Assembly: GCA_001643675.2 (NCBI GenBank) | Contig: LSRY02000041.1 | Location: 62,001-126,000, forward strand | Length of the DNA stretch: 64,000 nucleotides | Origin: Monocercomonoides exilis PA203 | Lineage: Eukaryota > Protista > Preaxostyla | Reading direction: 5' to 3' | In this document: positions 49,435 to 63,600 of the stretch, piece by piece | Numbering within the stretch: position 1 is the stretch's first letter | Layout of the letters: each line of letters opens with the position of its first letter | Position numbers and translations under genes: made by a program | The notes under the pieces: model-generated | What the model was told of the DNA's origin: nothing | The model's input: the letters and a program-made list of their open reading frames with translations, nothing else | The model's database searches: none

Positions 49435-52400
49435 GAGTCATTTTTTTTGAAAAGTCGCAAACGTTTAACTGATCTAAAAACAAGATCAAAAATGATCAAA
49501 AAATGGTGATCATTCCGTTCCCATCAATTATTGTCAAATATTTTATATTGCAAGTTTTTTCACTTTATCATAGAAAGCATTTCATTAATCTGACGATAAC
49601 GTGTCGAACGTTGATTATTTTATAGAGTTTTTTTTGTTAGCAATTGCTTACGAGCTATTTGAATCAAATGTTAAATAAGTTTTAATTTCTTCAATTTCAT
49701 TTCATTAGTTCGAATATTCGTTATGCATTTATGGATGTTATCTAAGTTTTTATAATTTTCTTTTGTTGCAAACCAAATAGAATTAATTTGCTTGAATTCT
49801 TTAATTTTTTTATAAGAAATTATTAAACATGAAAAATTCATCAAAACTTCACTCGTTACAATCGAAAGTTATTCAAAAAGTGGTTGACATAAAGCAATTA
49901 TAAATGTTATTATTAAGAATTGAAGTTATATAAATGATTTTTTTAAATAAATCTCCATTTTTGACAATCTCAAATAATCAGACTCTTCTAATATTTTTAT
50001 TCAAACAAGCTGTTTCAACAAGTTTCTAACTTTTCAGTCTGTGCCTTTTCCTTATCCCTTCCATTTGATATTGACAACTTTGGAAAAATATCCTTCTTCA
50101 AACATTTGAAATTTCATGAAAAAATCGTGTTTTCTTTGCTGTTGATCATTCAAAAAAAAATGAAAATGTTGTGTTTGTGTCACCATTAGAGCTGACTTCA
50201 GACGTAGTGGTGTATCTAAAAAAGCTTCTTGTGGCAGAGGCAGCGCAGCAGTCGTCTCTATTGTTAAGGCTTTTGTCTTTTTCGTCTTCTTCGTCTTCTT
50301 CAACTTGAGCATCACGCCGATCAACATCGCCATTTCGGAGGCGGAAAAGCGAAGAGAAGAAATCTTCAGAGAATAAGTAGCCATCATTATCGGAGATAGC
50401 GATTGACTTTTCTGATGCGTCGGAGGTGACGAAGTCACACATATCGACAGCAGCTATAAACGACATCAAGAGGCGGCTGCAGATGGTTGTATCTGAAAAG
50501 GTTGGAGTGTATGAAAACCACAGATAGTAGAAACTGAGGGAGCAACATACGCTACGGGGATATGTTGTGGTTTGGTAGGGGGTGCTGTATGGGGGTGTTG
50601 TGTGTGCGTACGATGTGGCGCTTTCGGCGATGCTTTCAGTTCCGCTGGTGGTGCAACTACCATCGCTTGCCACGTCGTAGGTGATCACGAAGCCAGAGGG
50701 AAAGCAGATTTTTGCGTCGGCTGTATGAATGAGTTCCCGTCGATATACGATCTGTTTGACTCGTCGCGGCAGATATGGCGATCGTCTAAGTTGAAATTTT
50801 TGGTGGTGAAGCTGGACGACGAAGTTATGGGACGAGAGGTTATAGTGAGTGAAGTCGTGTAAATTGTGGACAAGGGGATGGAGGTTGTGAGGATGAGCAT
50901 AGTGGATGAAGTTCAATCAGAGAAGCGGTTGTGTTGGCGATGCTTGAAGGACGATAAGAGGCAGAGGAATGAAAACGGTTCAGCAGTGGAAGCATATGAT
51001 TGCTTGAGTATTACAACAATGAAAAGTTTTGTTGAAATGATCAGAAATGTGAAGCTGTTGTGAAAATGAGCGAATGATTTGTCAAATTTTGAAGGAAAAG
51101 ACAAATTTGATGAAGATACAAGGAGAAAATTGTTCTATATTTTTTTGTGCTGAGTTAAACATGAAGAAGAAGGAGAAGGAGAAGGAGAAGAGGAGGAGGA
51201 GGAGGAGAAAGAAGAAGAAGAAGAATGAAGCGATGAAATTGAATAAGAAGAAGAAGAAGAAGAGGAGGAGGAGGAGGCGAAGGATTTTTTGATTTATTTT
51301 GAGGTTGAGAAGAAAGAGAAGAAGAAGAATTATTATTATTATCATTTGTCAAAGAAGAAGAAGAAGAAGAAGAATTCTATCAGAAAAACGGTATGTTTGT
51401 AGTTTTCCTATAAGGTGTGGATTGACGATCTGTGCGCTGATCCAAAAAAATCCTGTGGTTGAAGTGGCTGCAAATTGTAGATGGGCAGACGATGAAAGCG
51501 CTCGACTAGCTGGACATGCAGCTTTTGCGAAGCCAGCTGGTTGTACGGGCGAAATGGCGGAGATACAGCGAAGGCTTAACAACGAAGAGATATTTGACTC
51601 TGTGGCATTTGGAGATCTTTATTCCGCATGTGATAAGGAATGGTGTAAATATTAAGAAGGCAAAGGTGAGAGACTTGACCGATAAGTTTTGTACGCTTGT
51701 CGATGGGATCGAGGAAAAGCAGAGAAGTGTAAATTTGGTTGCGGTATCTGAATAGGTCGAAATCAGCTGATAAGTCACGCGAACACATATATCCCGCTTT
51801 ATCTTTGGAAGCTGTGCTGTGAAGTGGCAGCATCTGTTGGAAAGAAACGCAAATGATTTGGTTACAGCTTTAACGATATCGGTAGGGATATTTGATGTGA
51901 CACAAAGGTGTTAACAAAAAGCAGAAGAAGACAATGAAAAAAAGATTCTGTTCAACAGAACAGCGATGAAGCGTGCGCATGTGTTTGGTCGAGTGCTTGC
52001 GGGGCGTTTGATACCGAGACTCAGCTGACGAGGTTGGAAGAGGGGAGACAGGCAGATGTGCAAACAGCGAAGAAGTTGGAATCGTTCAACGCATTGGACA
52101 AGAAGCCCGGTGCAGAAGAAGAGTTTATTCAGAGAAGGCAGTATAATGATATGTGCCCTTCGATCAATGAAGTTGCGACACTTCGTGGGCCATTGCAGAT
52201 AGTCCACGCTTTTTCAGCAGCTGCTCAGATGGGTGTTCCGATGATGTTGAAGATGGTGGAGGGGAAAGTGCATAATGCCTTTATCTCTTCTTCTTCTGCT
52301 GCTTCATCTTCAGCATGTGCTAATTCTTCTTTTTGTGGAAATGAGGAAGAGACAACGCATGTTGCGAAGTTTCAGGAGGTGAAACATTCGAAGGAGTTGA

Positions 52401-54815
52401 GAGAGAAATAATATCATCACGAAGCGTTTTTGATAACTGCTTTAAATGAGCGGAGCCATTTCTATCTAGATAATGCGAAGAATCTGCTTGCGTGAGCAGA
52501 AGAAGGGATAGCATATGATATTCGTGTGTGTGTGAGGGTTCTTCCTTTTGTGTCCGCAAATACGATAAAATGTGCAGATTATTTTACGACTGGGGAGTTT
52601 TCAGTAGGATTTAAAGATGTTAGTATGTGACCGGCTTCTATGGAGAAGGAATTTGAGATTATCAGATGACGAGGAAGTTCTGCAGTTTGAAGAAAGAACA
52701 CAGCAAATGTGCTGTTTGTGAAGGATATGGGGATTGTCGATGAAAAGAAAGAAGAAGAAGAAGGAAAGGAAAAAGAAGAGAAGAAAGAGTTGGAGTTATA
52801 TTGGCAAGACAAACCCGCGGAGATGAAACAGATGATTGTGCAAGAGTTTGTGTTTGATGCGAATGAAGTGTGAAAAGTGAATGATAAAGGGAAGAAGGCG
52901 AGGAAGAATGCGGAGGAAGATAAGATGCATGCAGTTCTGGAGCATGTGCAATACGTGGTGTTGTTGAGAACGATGTCAGTGCAGAGGTTGGTGGCTGTGA
53001 GGATGCAAGTTTCTTGAAGGTTCGGTCCCGCTTCAAACTGGTTGTGCAAGGAAGACACAGAGCATTGTTCTGGGGGAGTGTGGAACGCAGATGCTGCAAT
53101 ATGTATTTTATTTCTCGAGGAGTGGGGAGTTTGTGCATTATCCTGAGCAGGTGGCGATTCTGGGGATGTTGTTCACAGCAGCCGAGAGGAAGGGAACAAG
53201 GTGATGGTGGAAGCAGAATGGAGGGTGCTGGAGGCAGAGGGGAGAGATTGCGGTGATGTGTCGAAGGAGGCGAGAAAGAAATGTCGCTGGAGTTTCTGGA
53301 GAAGGAGAACCTGCACCGAGCAGATGTGGACCTGCAGATGATATTGTGGCGGTTGGAGGAGAAGATTGTGTTTGAGAGCGTGATTAAGTGATGTTGCCAG
53401 TATGTAAAGAGGCCGGTGACGAAAGAAGAGGTGTGTGTGCAAGAGAATCGCCCGCTAATCAGTGTTCAGATGTTTGTGTTTGGCAGAGAAGAAAAAGAAG
53501 AAGAGGAGGAGAGATGATGATGAACATGAATATAATGAAATGAAAATTGAGTGTGAAGAGAGAGAAGATTGAAGAGAGAAGATAAGTTTTGAAAAGATTG
53601 TTTTAACACTTGTTGTGATCATCACTGAATTGGATGTTGAACTTGCATCGGAGACTGTCCAATCACTCTGCTCATCATTTCCTTTGATTTCATGTTTCTT
53701 TTCAGAAAATGCCAATTCTTCGCTCGTCAAAATCATTCCATTCACAATAATTTTCTTTATTCCTGTGAATTTTGTGAGTTATTGCTTCAAAATCATTCAG
53801 GGGAATTGGACAATTCTAAAATGTGAGTGATTGCATGCCTCAGAATTGCTCATATATATTTCTTCTAGGTTGGTTAGGAGATACATACACAGAGGGATTG
53901 CTAAACTCGTGTTTCCATTGTCATATCCTCTCACTTTGTCAATAGAATCTAAAGAGGCTGTGGCACATGCAATTTTTCTTGAAGTTTCAATTTCTTCCAG
54001 ATTAGGCGAAAAAACAAAGATATATCTCCCCACTTCGCTGTATTTATTCCGAATGAAAAGGATATCAAGAAGCTGGGATTTTCAGTGACAATTGAAGGTG
54101 AATTACTCCCCCAAAACTGTGAATTGTCGAGGAAAATCGGTTATTGTTAAATCCTTTAACAAATATGCTTTATTCGCCACTCCTACACACAGCATCATCG
54201 AGCCTCTTTTCGCCTGAGAAATGCTTCCGCATTAAGATAACGATAAAATTTTTGCATTGTAATTTGCATCAATAATTGATGTTATAAATGTTAACTATCT
54301 TCTGGAAACTTATCAAGCAAAAAAATAAAGTTTTAATAATCCATCGAAAAATGAAACGTTCATACCAAAGTTTACGAAAACCGTTTAATTTATCCATTAT
54401 TCTTGTTAATCTAACTTATGCGTTCCATCTTCACTTTCATGTTAAGTTTATGTATGCAATACACAATGAAAAATACTATTCAAATAAAATTTTGAATTAA
54501 CATTGAAAATCAAGTTTGTCAGGAAAAAAAATCGAAATACACAATGAATAATTCTTTGTTAAGCAATTGAAAAATAGTTCAATCAAGAGAAACGCCTTTT
54601 CATTGAAAATCTAATACTTTAACTTTGATCAATAAATGTGATACATAATATTTTGTTCCCAATTGTTTTTTCCTGTTAAGAGGTTTGTTAGGAACCAACA
54701 AATTTTAGTGTGAAAGTTTGATATTTTCATTTGTATTATGGAAACGGAGTGTTTTCTAATTAACTTCCATGGGACAAATTTTTGATCTGAAGCGACTTTT
54801 CAAAAATTACGACCC
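49435..54815. mobile_element. 5.4-kb TIR element 3 (non-autonomous, decayed cargo)
   Basis: ATAT|GAGTCATTTTTTTTGAAAAGTCGC ... GCGACTTTTCAAAAATTACGACCC|ATAT: 20/24 TIR match with ATAT on both sides. The interior has coding-like composition but only broken ORFs. Confidence 0.7.
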
Positions 54816-54961
54816 ATATATATTATTGAAAATTCATTATTTAAATATTATTGGGTTATATATATTTTATGCTGAATTAAAAGTGAATAAGTTAGATGGA
54901 AAGTTTTTTTGTAATGATTAGAAAAGATCTTAGCCCCGCTATCAAGGTTGTAACTTTTCTA

Positions 54962-55900
54962 AGAAATTTTCAAAATGCTTAACAAAAAGAAATTATCGTT
55001 GGAGAAAACTGCTGCTTTGCAGAAGGACATTTGATATTGCTTAGCGTTGAAAAGAATGTGAATCGACAGATTTGAAAAATCTTCATTTAGCAAAAGAATA
55101 CAGGACATGATTATAAAAGAAAATAAAAATAAAAAGGGAATGAATGAAAAACTTAGATTGATCTTTGTGAAGACTATCATTGACTGTGTGATGACGATTT
55201 TGCAGAGGAAGTCTTTTGCATTTGAGTGCCTTGTTTTCAATAAGATGCTTAACAAAGAGATAACAGAGGAAGTTTTAAAGGAAGTGAAGGTCGTTTTATT
55301 CGAATTGAGTCACATCATTATTTAACAAGTGTAAGTATTTCTATTCGTTTTTGATATTTCAAATATTTTTTCTCATCCATTTTTCGAAGAGAGAATCAAA
55401 AGAATCGAACATGAATAAAAACAAAAAATCAACAAATATCATCAGGAAAAGAGATATCTTTCAACACTAAAATATCAATCTGTTTAGCAGTTTATCATTT
55501 TACAGAATGGACTTTGACAAATGCTTTAAAGAAGTCATTGAAAATGAGATGCATATTGTTTAAGATGCAGAAAGAGTAAATGATCAAAAAAAAAGTTGAT
55601 TTGAAGAGAAAAGGAAAATAGAATGAAGCAAAAACAATCATTTGATGGGTCCAAACAAAAGCTTTTCGAATTTTCTTCGTTTGATTGCGGAATAATAAGA
55701 ATAATGGACACGTTGGAAGCGATGTTCAGACAATTCAAGCAAAAAAGGACAGCAACGGAGATATAATCAGTGGATGCTTTTATTTCACAAAAAGTGCAAC
55801 GAGAAGCAGAGATGATTGAGATTTAGATTTGTGAAAACAGAAATTTTGTTGTTGCCTTTGAAGACATGTTTTTGAAATCCATTGATCAAGAACAAATTCA
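54962..55900 (+). pseudogene. Heavily decayed fourth copy of the 4-9 kb multigene family
   Basis: Residual translation KMLNKKKLSLEK...KRIQDMIIKENKNKKGMNEKL/IDLCEDY and NKYHQEKRYLSTLKYQSV*QF matches family motifs. Many stops and frameshifts. Confidence 0.75.
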
Positions 55901-56659
55901 AAATCTTTTTTTGTTTTTGAATGTTTCATCGGAAAAAAATCATTTTTTGATGTAAAATTTCAGAATCACGTTATAAACAGTTAAATGAGTTCAAATTTTC
56001 ATTTTTAATGATGAATCATAGCTGTGAAAAACAAAAGTTTGAACAATTTTTAAGTATTTGATTTCTAAGTTGAACTATCTAATTTGAAAATAAGTTTTGA
56101 AAATAAAAGCATTCATTGTAATTATCACATTTTCGAAACAAACAAACAAAAAATGATGTTATTGCTATATCATCTGTTGTTTTTGTTTCGGATTGATTTT
56201 CAGAACAACTTCGATTTCGGCATTGTTTGAAGCAGCTGTTTGAAAAATCAAATTTTTAAGCAATTTGGTTGAAATTAGGAATTCGTTTGTGCACACAAAG
56301 TAAATGCGAACATCGTTTGTCAGTTATTAATTTTTAGCATCGATCTTTCTTATCAACGAATTAATGCTCGAAATTTTTTTCGACAACGAATTGAAAAATG
56401 GATGTGTGCATTCATTTTCAATCTCTTTCCATCTTCAAGCCTATTTCAATAAAAACAGAAAATGTTCATCAGAATATTTATTCATTTCAATCATAATGCT
56501 GTTTCTGTTAACTCAGCTTTGCTCAAAAATAAAAATGAATATGTTTCGGCAAATCACATCAATCATTCAAATTCATTTTTTCATAAAATTGATTCAATTC
56601 TCTTCTGCTCTAAAATCAATAAAACAAAAAATTGTTTCATTAATATAAAATATCTAAAA

Positions 56660-57085
56660 AACAAACAGAGAAAATTATAGCACACCTCAAATATCTATTT
56701 GACAAATTTTAAAGCATATTCAACATATCGCTTTCCATATTAATCGGTGCAGGGTGATAGTGAAAGTGCTTTAATAATGATAGAAATTAACCCACTAAAA
56801 ATGAAAATTTTATTATTTAGCTCAACAAAATCAAATAATCAACAAAAATTAACATACAGACAGCAGAGTTCATTAATTTTTGTAAGCTATACAAAGAGAT
56901 ACGGAAATATAAATATAAAATTGATGATCACATCCATTATTTTTTTATTTTTCGCATTTTTAAAACTGAACATGACAGACGAAGTTTCGTCAAATAATTA
57001 CAACTTTAAAATAATTAGAAAGAGAGTGCTTTTCAAATGCTATTTGCATTTTTGCTCAACTCGTCTGTCATTTAGATTATATCTC
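56660..57085 (+). repeat. 426-bp inverted duplication, right copy
   Basis: Reverse complement of 48999-49424. Confidence 0.95.
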
Positions 57086-59710
57086 GCAGAAGTTCGCTTC
57101 ACTTCTTTCAATCTTCATCTTTTTCAGATTTAAGACAAACTCCTTTCTCTTCTTCTCAACCTGCTCCAGTATCTTCTTCTGCTCATCTTTGAGCTTTGAC
57201 CGCTTTTTCTTTGAGTTTTCTTTCTCTTCCTCCAGCAGCTCCTCTCTCTTCTTCACTGCATCTTCCATCTGCATCTTCTCCATCTTCAGCTGTATCGCTT
57301 TCTCCAACTCAACTCGTTCGATGCGGCTTGGAATAGCCGACAATTATGGATCAGGAAAGCACAATGACGAAGAAGAAACGGGATGCAAAATTTGATTGGT
57401 GAAAGTTGGGGTGCTGGTGGGAAAAAAAGATAAAGAGCACATTGAAAGAGGAGGCGAAAGTGATGATGGTGAAAAAGACAAAGCATAGGCAACATGATTG
57501 TTATCAGATGAAATTGGTGTGGATGACGAAGAAGGAGATGATGATGAAAAAGAAGAGGAGGAAGGAGAAGAAGAGAATGATGCTGATGCAGTTTACTAAG
57601 GTGTTGACTGAAAAGTCTGATTCGGTTCAATTGACATTGTGTTAATTGCATTTTGCTGGTTAAAAGGCAAGTTTTTCATTCTTTCTGCTTCTCTTTCTCT
57701 TTCTTCTCTCAGCTTCCTTTCTTTAATTCGCCTCAATCTTTCGTCTATTTCCTTCTTTGCCTTCATCAAATACTCCTTTCTCTCCTTCTTCCTTTCGTTC
57801 TCCTCCACTTCTTCTCCTCTCACCACATCCGCATCTTTCACTTCCTCCTCAAGCCACTTGTCATCTGCAGGCGCAATATCACCAGCTGGCATCAGAGTCA
57901 GTATCCTTTCGCTTGTCAGTGACGAATACAGCAAGAGAAAATCTGTGTTCTTCTTCTCCTCTTTCCTCCTCTTCATCCCTTCCAGCGTCGCAAGAAGGCT
58001 GCCTCGTGGAGCCTTTGTGTGTTTGCTGGAACTTTGTGGAGAAATCAATGAAGAAATCTGAGGGGAAGATGAAGCAGATGCATGCGATTGAGAAATAGAT
58101 GAGGTTAATGCTTTGTTTGCAGTTGTGTTCTTTGACCCGAAGTAATAATCTTCGTCTTCTTGGAACAGAACCATGCCATCCTTGTTGCATTTCTTCCTTT
58201 TCGCTGTCATTTTGGATTCATCCTTTGGATCATTGAAAAACGTTTTGACGCTCTGTGAATAAGAAGAAAATGATGATGAAATCACTGAAGACGTATCACA
58301 AGCACGTCTGCTTTTCTTCGAAGCAGACTTCGATGCTTCAGACTCACTCCCGTTCTGTTCACTCAGCTCGCTTTTCCTTCTCTCGTTTTCATCTTCGTCT
58401 TCAACGCCAAATGACCAATCTTTTCTTCTGCTCCTCCTCATTGAGTTCGCATTGCCCACCTCTGCTTATCTTCATTGCGAAATAAAACCCAAGCAGTCTT
58501 TGTGTTCCACTAATTTTCCTGACAGCAGCCATTCTTCGCAGGAAGGAATAACAAGAGATGTTCTGCCTCCATCAAATGACTCCAGGTGGATCATTCTATC
58601 GACTTTGCTTTTGGAAATGCCATCTTTCTCTGTCTATAAAGAACCCTCGTGTTCAATTCTTTTTCCTCTTTCTCTTTCTCTCTCAATTGGCGATGTCAAT
58701 TTCCCTTCTATGTTATCTCCGATGAACAAAATTTCGTTCTTCTCTCTCATCCTCCATCTTGTTGCATTTCTCATTGTCTTCATCTCCTTCTTTTTCTTCT
58801 CTCTCTTCCACTTTCTCTCTTCCATCTCCTGACTCGCAAGCATCTTCTTGCTCATCTCCACCTCCATCCTCTTCACATTCTTATCTCCCATCTTTCAGTT
58901 CAGCTCCCGTCTTGTCTCCCGTATCTTTAACACAACTTCACAAGGCTCACATTTCTTGCACTCAAACAGCCCAATCGACTCCATCATTTTGTTCTTCGAC
59001 TGTAAACTCTCGGTACGCCATGTTTCAGCCCATCACCAACCAAATGGACGCACACCAACGCCGCACCATCTGTTTTCTGCTCGCAATTCTGAGACTCGCA
59101 TATTCAACAGAGGCGTCTGTTTCGTCAAAATAAGCCATGTGTTAATGTTATCTGTATCTGAATCAGAGCAAAAATATAATTAAATCCTGAAATGGACTTA
59201 AAATTATAAATATTCAGTTCAAAAATGATTAATAAAAAATAGAAAAGAAAAGAAAAATGAAATTAAATATATTGAACAAAATAACCTTTCTTATTTTCTA
59301 TTCTGCCTTTTTCTGTTCTCATTCCTTTATCTCACCTCCTTCTTCAGTTCTCGTTCGTTTCCTTTCTCTGTAGTTCTGTTATTGCAACAAATATCTCCCT
59401 TTCACTGCATAAGACATGAGCATTTTTTTTCCTTTCTTGCTCTTCCGTTGCTGTCTCCAGCCGACAAACAATTGAATTCCCCGTCTCATAGCGTTTGTAA
59501 CTTAGCGCTGTGAAAGCACTTTCACATTAAAAATATGCCACTGCTTCAATAATAGCTGCAACTCTCCAAGAAAATGAATGACTGAATGATGTTTCATTCG
59601 TCTTGTTGGAGCACGATCAGCAGAGTGAACTTAATCAGTGCCAGAGAATATGTTCGCTTGAAAGCAGCATCTGAAGAATTCCCAAATAAAAAAAACCTTT
59701 TCTTATTGAA
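57086..59710 (-). pseudogene. Decayed Ser/Glu/Lys-rich gene, possibly with an N-terminal PH-like domain, ending at the repeat
   Basis: Minus-strand ORFs 57596..58459, 58634..58891 and 57077..57343, with an intron-like segment at about 59188-59284. Frameshifted remnants RKGF...FKRTY and LYFCSDSDTDNINTWL. Confidence 0.4.
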
Positions 59711-60623
59711 GTTGTAACGCAAGATAAATGCAGTCCAACAGTATAACAATTAGATATAACTGAATAAATTAACATGAAATATAAAGATTTTGAATGTATT
59801 TTGACATATTTTTTAAATATAGCAGCAAATAAAAAATATATTTGAGAAATAATAGCATTTCTTCAAACATTAAAAAATAGAAAGTATTAGCAAACTGGTA
59901 AAAAGTTGGAAAAGCAAGTGATTTTGAAAAAATGAAAGAAACAAAACTCCAGCTTTAATCAGAACCATATCTTTTTGAATTTTTGAATATTTATTAAAAA
60001 AAAACAAATATCAGAAAAATTTTGATTTTTTGTTTAATAGTTATGTATGTGATAAGAGTTAGAAAAATATTTTTTCTGAATTTTAAAAACTTGTATTCAT
60101 GGAAAAAACTTCTGTTTTCCGCTTCAAACAATGAAGATGACAGAAGGATCAGAATCTCGATGCCACTTTTTTTTGTTCAAAATGGTTTATTTCATCGATT
60201 TAACTTCATATATTACCAAAAAACTGCTTTTTGAAATCTGCAATTTTCGCCCTTTAACGCTTGTTTTTTTGATCTTTTTGATCTCGAAAAAAATAAAATA
60301 TCGGGTCAGATCCTTTTTTCATTGAAGAATGATATTTGATGTTATTTTTTAATATTTTTATATTAGAATGATATTTTTTATAAGACAAATTCATTTATGC
60401 GAAGAATTTTTCAAAAAATTTTCAATTTAAGAACACTTAAATTTTTTTTTTCTGAGAAGAAATTTTTAAAAATTTTTTCTCTAACTCAAATCACATTAAA
60501 AAATTTTTTAACAATTTTGGAAATAGTCAAATAAAAAAAATAACAATACATATTTGTTTTCAATAAAAAAAATTTTTTTAGAATAATTGTGATTAACCAT
60601 AAGAATACATTTATTAGAGAAAA

Positions 60624-63600
60624 ATGTCGTTTTCTAAACGCCAATCGACATTAAATTCTCGATGCAATGTTATGTGGCAAGAAATCAAGTTCATTGGCGG
60701 AAGTGAAGTGGATTCGTTGCCTGCCTATTTGTTTTACACTTACAGGCAATCATCTTCAGTAATTAATGATTTACTGAAGTCTTTGAATGGTTTGGTTTTT
60801 TATTCTTTTGTATTGTGTTGAAAATATTATTTCAACTCTCTGTTATTTTTTTCTTTTTGATTTGTTAATGAATTATTTTTTTTGAAACAGAAAATCACAT
60901 TAAGCTGCTGGAAGACCTGTCTGTGGTGTACAACAACGCTCCGTTGCACACTCAGACAACAATGCTGCAAGCGCTTTCCCGCAGCACATCATTATCCGAT
61001 TTACAGGACTATTGATATGATGTCACAGAGGGGAAATTTATTTACGCGAAGCAAACGCTGAAGAAGAATCAAGGATTTATCATTCCGCCACAAAAACCTC
61101 ATCTTCCTTCTTGCAAAAGTGGTTTGTATTTATTTAATTTTTTTTTAAATAATTTTCTTTGTTTATTATAGGCTCAAATGAACAGGATTGGGAAAAGGGC
61201 AACAACTGGATGTTGGCCCATTCCACCGAAGCCTCCACTTCGCTTCAGTCAGCAAAGAAAAAGCAGCGAGCGGAGCCGGATTATGGCAGATTCATTGATG
61301 AAGATGCCTGGGAAAATGAAATTGTTCCAGAAAACTCTTCTTCAAATGAAAAACAATCTTCTTCTTCAACATCATCTCAACTCAATAAAAAATCAAACAT
61401 CGATTCAGAAAAAAATTCTCCTTCTTCAAATACTTCTTCTTCTCAAGCTGTTGATGCCCAAATCAGTACTCCAATTAGGAGAGAAAGGGGTCCAACAAAA
61501 AACCAAAATAAAAATTCATATCACAAGCGTCATTCTTTTCCATCTCCAATTCCAATTCACAAAATATTCAAATCAAAAACTTCTTCTTCACAAATTTCAA
61601 TTACAAAAAAATTGAAAGAAAGAATAAATTCTTCATCATTTCGAAATGATAATGTGTTTGTGAGGGACCAATTGATCGATTATACCACTTCACCCACATT
61701 AATTCCACCCCAAGTGTTTCAAAATCTCTTTTCTTCATTTTCAAAAGAGAATGACACTTCAACACTTCAACAACAAAGCATTCCATCTTCAAATAATGAA
61801 ATTTCTATTCAAAATAATTCTTCAAAGAACATTTCAAAAAAGAATGCTAAAGAAAATTCATCAAAAAATAATTCTCATTCTCTTTATTCTTCTAATTCAT
61901 TAAATTCTTCGAAAACATCATCACAAATAGCAAAAGGATTGCGAAACTTAGGCAACACTTGCAATTTGGCTTCTCTTCTTCAATGTTTCTCTTCTCTAAC
62001 AATACAAAAACCATCTTTAATCGAAAAACAAACAACTTTGAAGAACACATCTTCGCGTGTTGTAAGTGTTTGAAAACAATTGGCTAAAGATGGAACGGCA
62101 GTGCGTTCATGGGTCTCATCTTTTATTGACAAATGGGAAGATTTCTGCAACAACGGCAGAAGACAGCAGCAAAATGTTACTGAGGCGTTAGAAAATCATC
62201 ACCAACTTCTTCAAAAAGATGAGTTTATTAACAAGGATTCCTTCAATCCAGCAATCATCACTCATCTCAAATTCCAAAAATGCCAAAAAATTTCATCACA
62301 CTTCAATGAAATTTGTAACAATGTCGTTATCAATTCTTCCTAGAATCACAATGGATTATCTTCTTTCTTTGCAACTTAAGTTTTAAATGGAAAGAATTGT
62401 GTTTATTACAATGAATGAAACGAAAAATGCTGTGCTGCTCGATGGGAGGAAATGGCCGCATTTCCAGAGGTGAAAGCCCATTGTCATGAATGCACTGATT
62501 CTGCTGGTTCTGCTCCTTCAAGAACATTACAAATTGAAACAGATCGTGTAAACCAGCGCACTTTCTGCAAAGTGTTTTCAACAGAAAACATTCAACATTT
62601 TCAAAAAGATAATCAGGAAACGATTATTTATCATCTTTCTGTACAAATACTATTTAAGCGTTTGGATCAAAGAAATGGACACTGCATTGCTGTTGTAAAA
62701 AGGATAAATGGACATGATATCAAATGGAATATTTGCAACGATGCTGATGTGACAGAACTGAACATCGAAAATTGGATAAAGGCATGGAAGGATCTTTATG
62801 CTCAAGGTTACACTTTGTCACTCTCATACTATATCAAAGAAAAAACAAAACCAACGTTATCATCCATTCAATTTGGTGGTTCATCATCTTCATCTTTTTC
62901 AGAAACATCAAATTAAACACTTCAAATGACATATCATCATCATCATCAATTGCACAACATCCTCGAACAACTTCCATTCCACAACTATCATCATCAATCT
63001 CATCAAATAATGGATTGGAGGCACTAAAAGAAAGAAGAAGAAATACGGGCATCTTTTCTCCGAATGAAAAGAGATTAATCTTCAAGCCCAAGACAAAATT
63101 ATGGAAAGAGTTTTCCGAAGAAACAAATATTAAAGTTTCTTTGTCACATTTATACAAACTCACAACCAACTTCTCCAAAGCGAAAAGGCGGACAGATCTC
63201 TGTGGCATGTGTGAGAAGTTGAACAATTTGGAGAATAAACTCAAATCCTCACAAAACAAAAATGGACTTTCTTCTGCTGAGTTTCATTCTCTCAAACTTC
63301 TTCGACAACATCGACTAGTTGCAGAAATGCAACGAAAACATTATCAATCAACAGTCGACAATTTGAAAGAGGGAGAAGCAGTCTTCGTCTTCGACTTCAA
63401 AGAAAAATGGAAACTCCCTATCAGAAAGAACCAACTTCATCAAGAATTCTTCAATTATCAACAAGTCTCTCAATTCACAATCATCTCCCTTCAAAAAATT
63501 AATAATCAACAAATAAAACGAACTTTCAACTTCTTCTCCGACTGCCTCTCAAATGATCACAGATTTGTCATTGAGTGTCTGGAATCTGTGATTAAAAGAC

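Noticed and set aside
48999-57085. Polinton/Maverick or endogenous virus suggested by the long inverted repeats
   Set aside because: No recognisable pPolB, integrase, packaging ATPase or capsid motifs, and no 6-bp TSD.
62880-62920. Programmed -1 frameshift between the USP and transposase parts
   Set aside because: No clear slippery heptamer with downstream structure, and upstream stops show general decay, so an indel is the simpler explanation.
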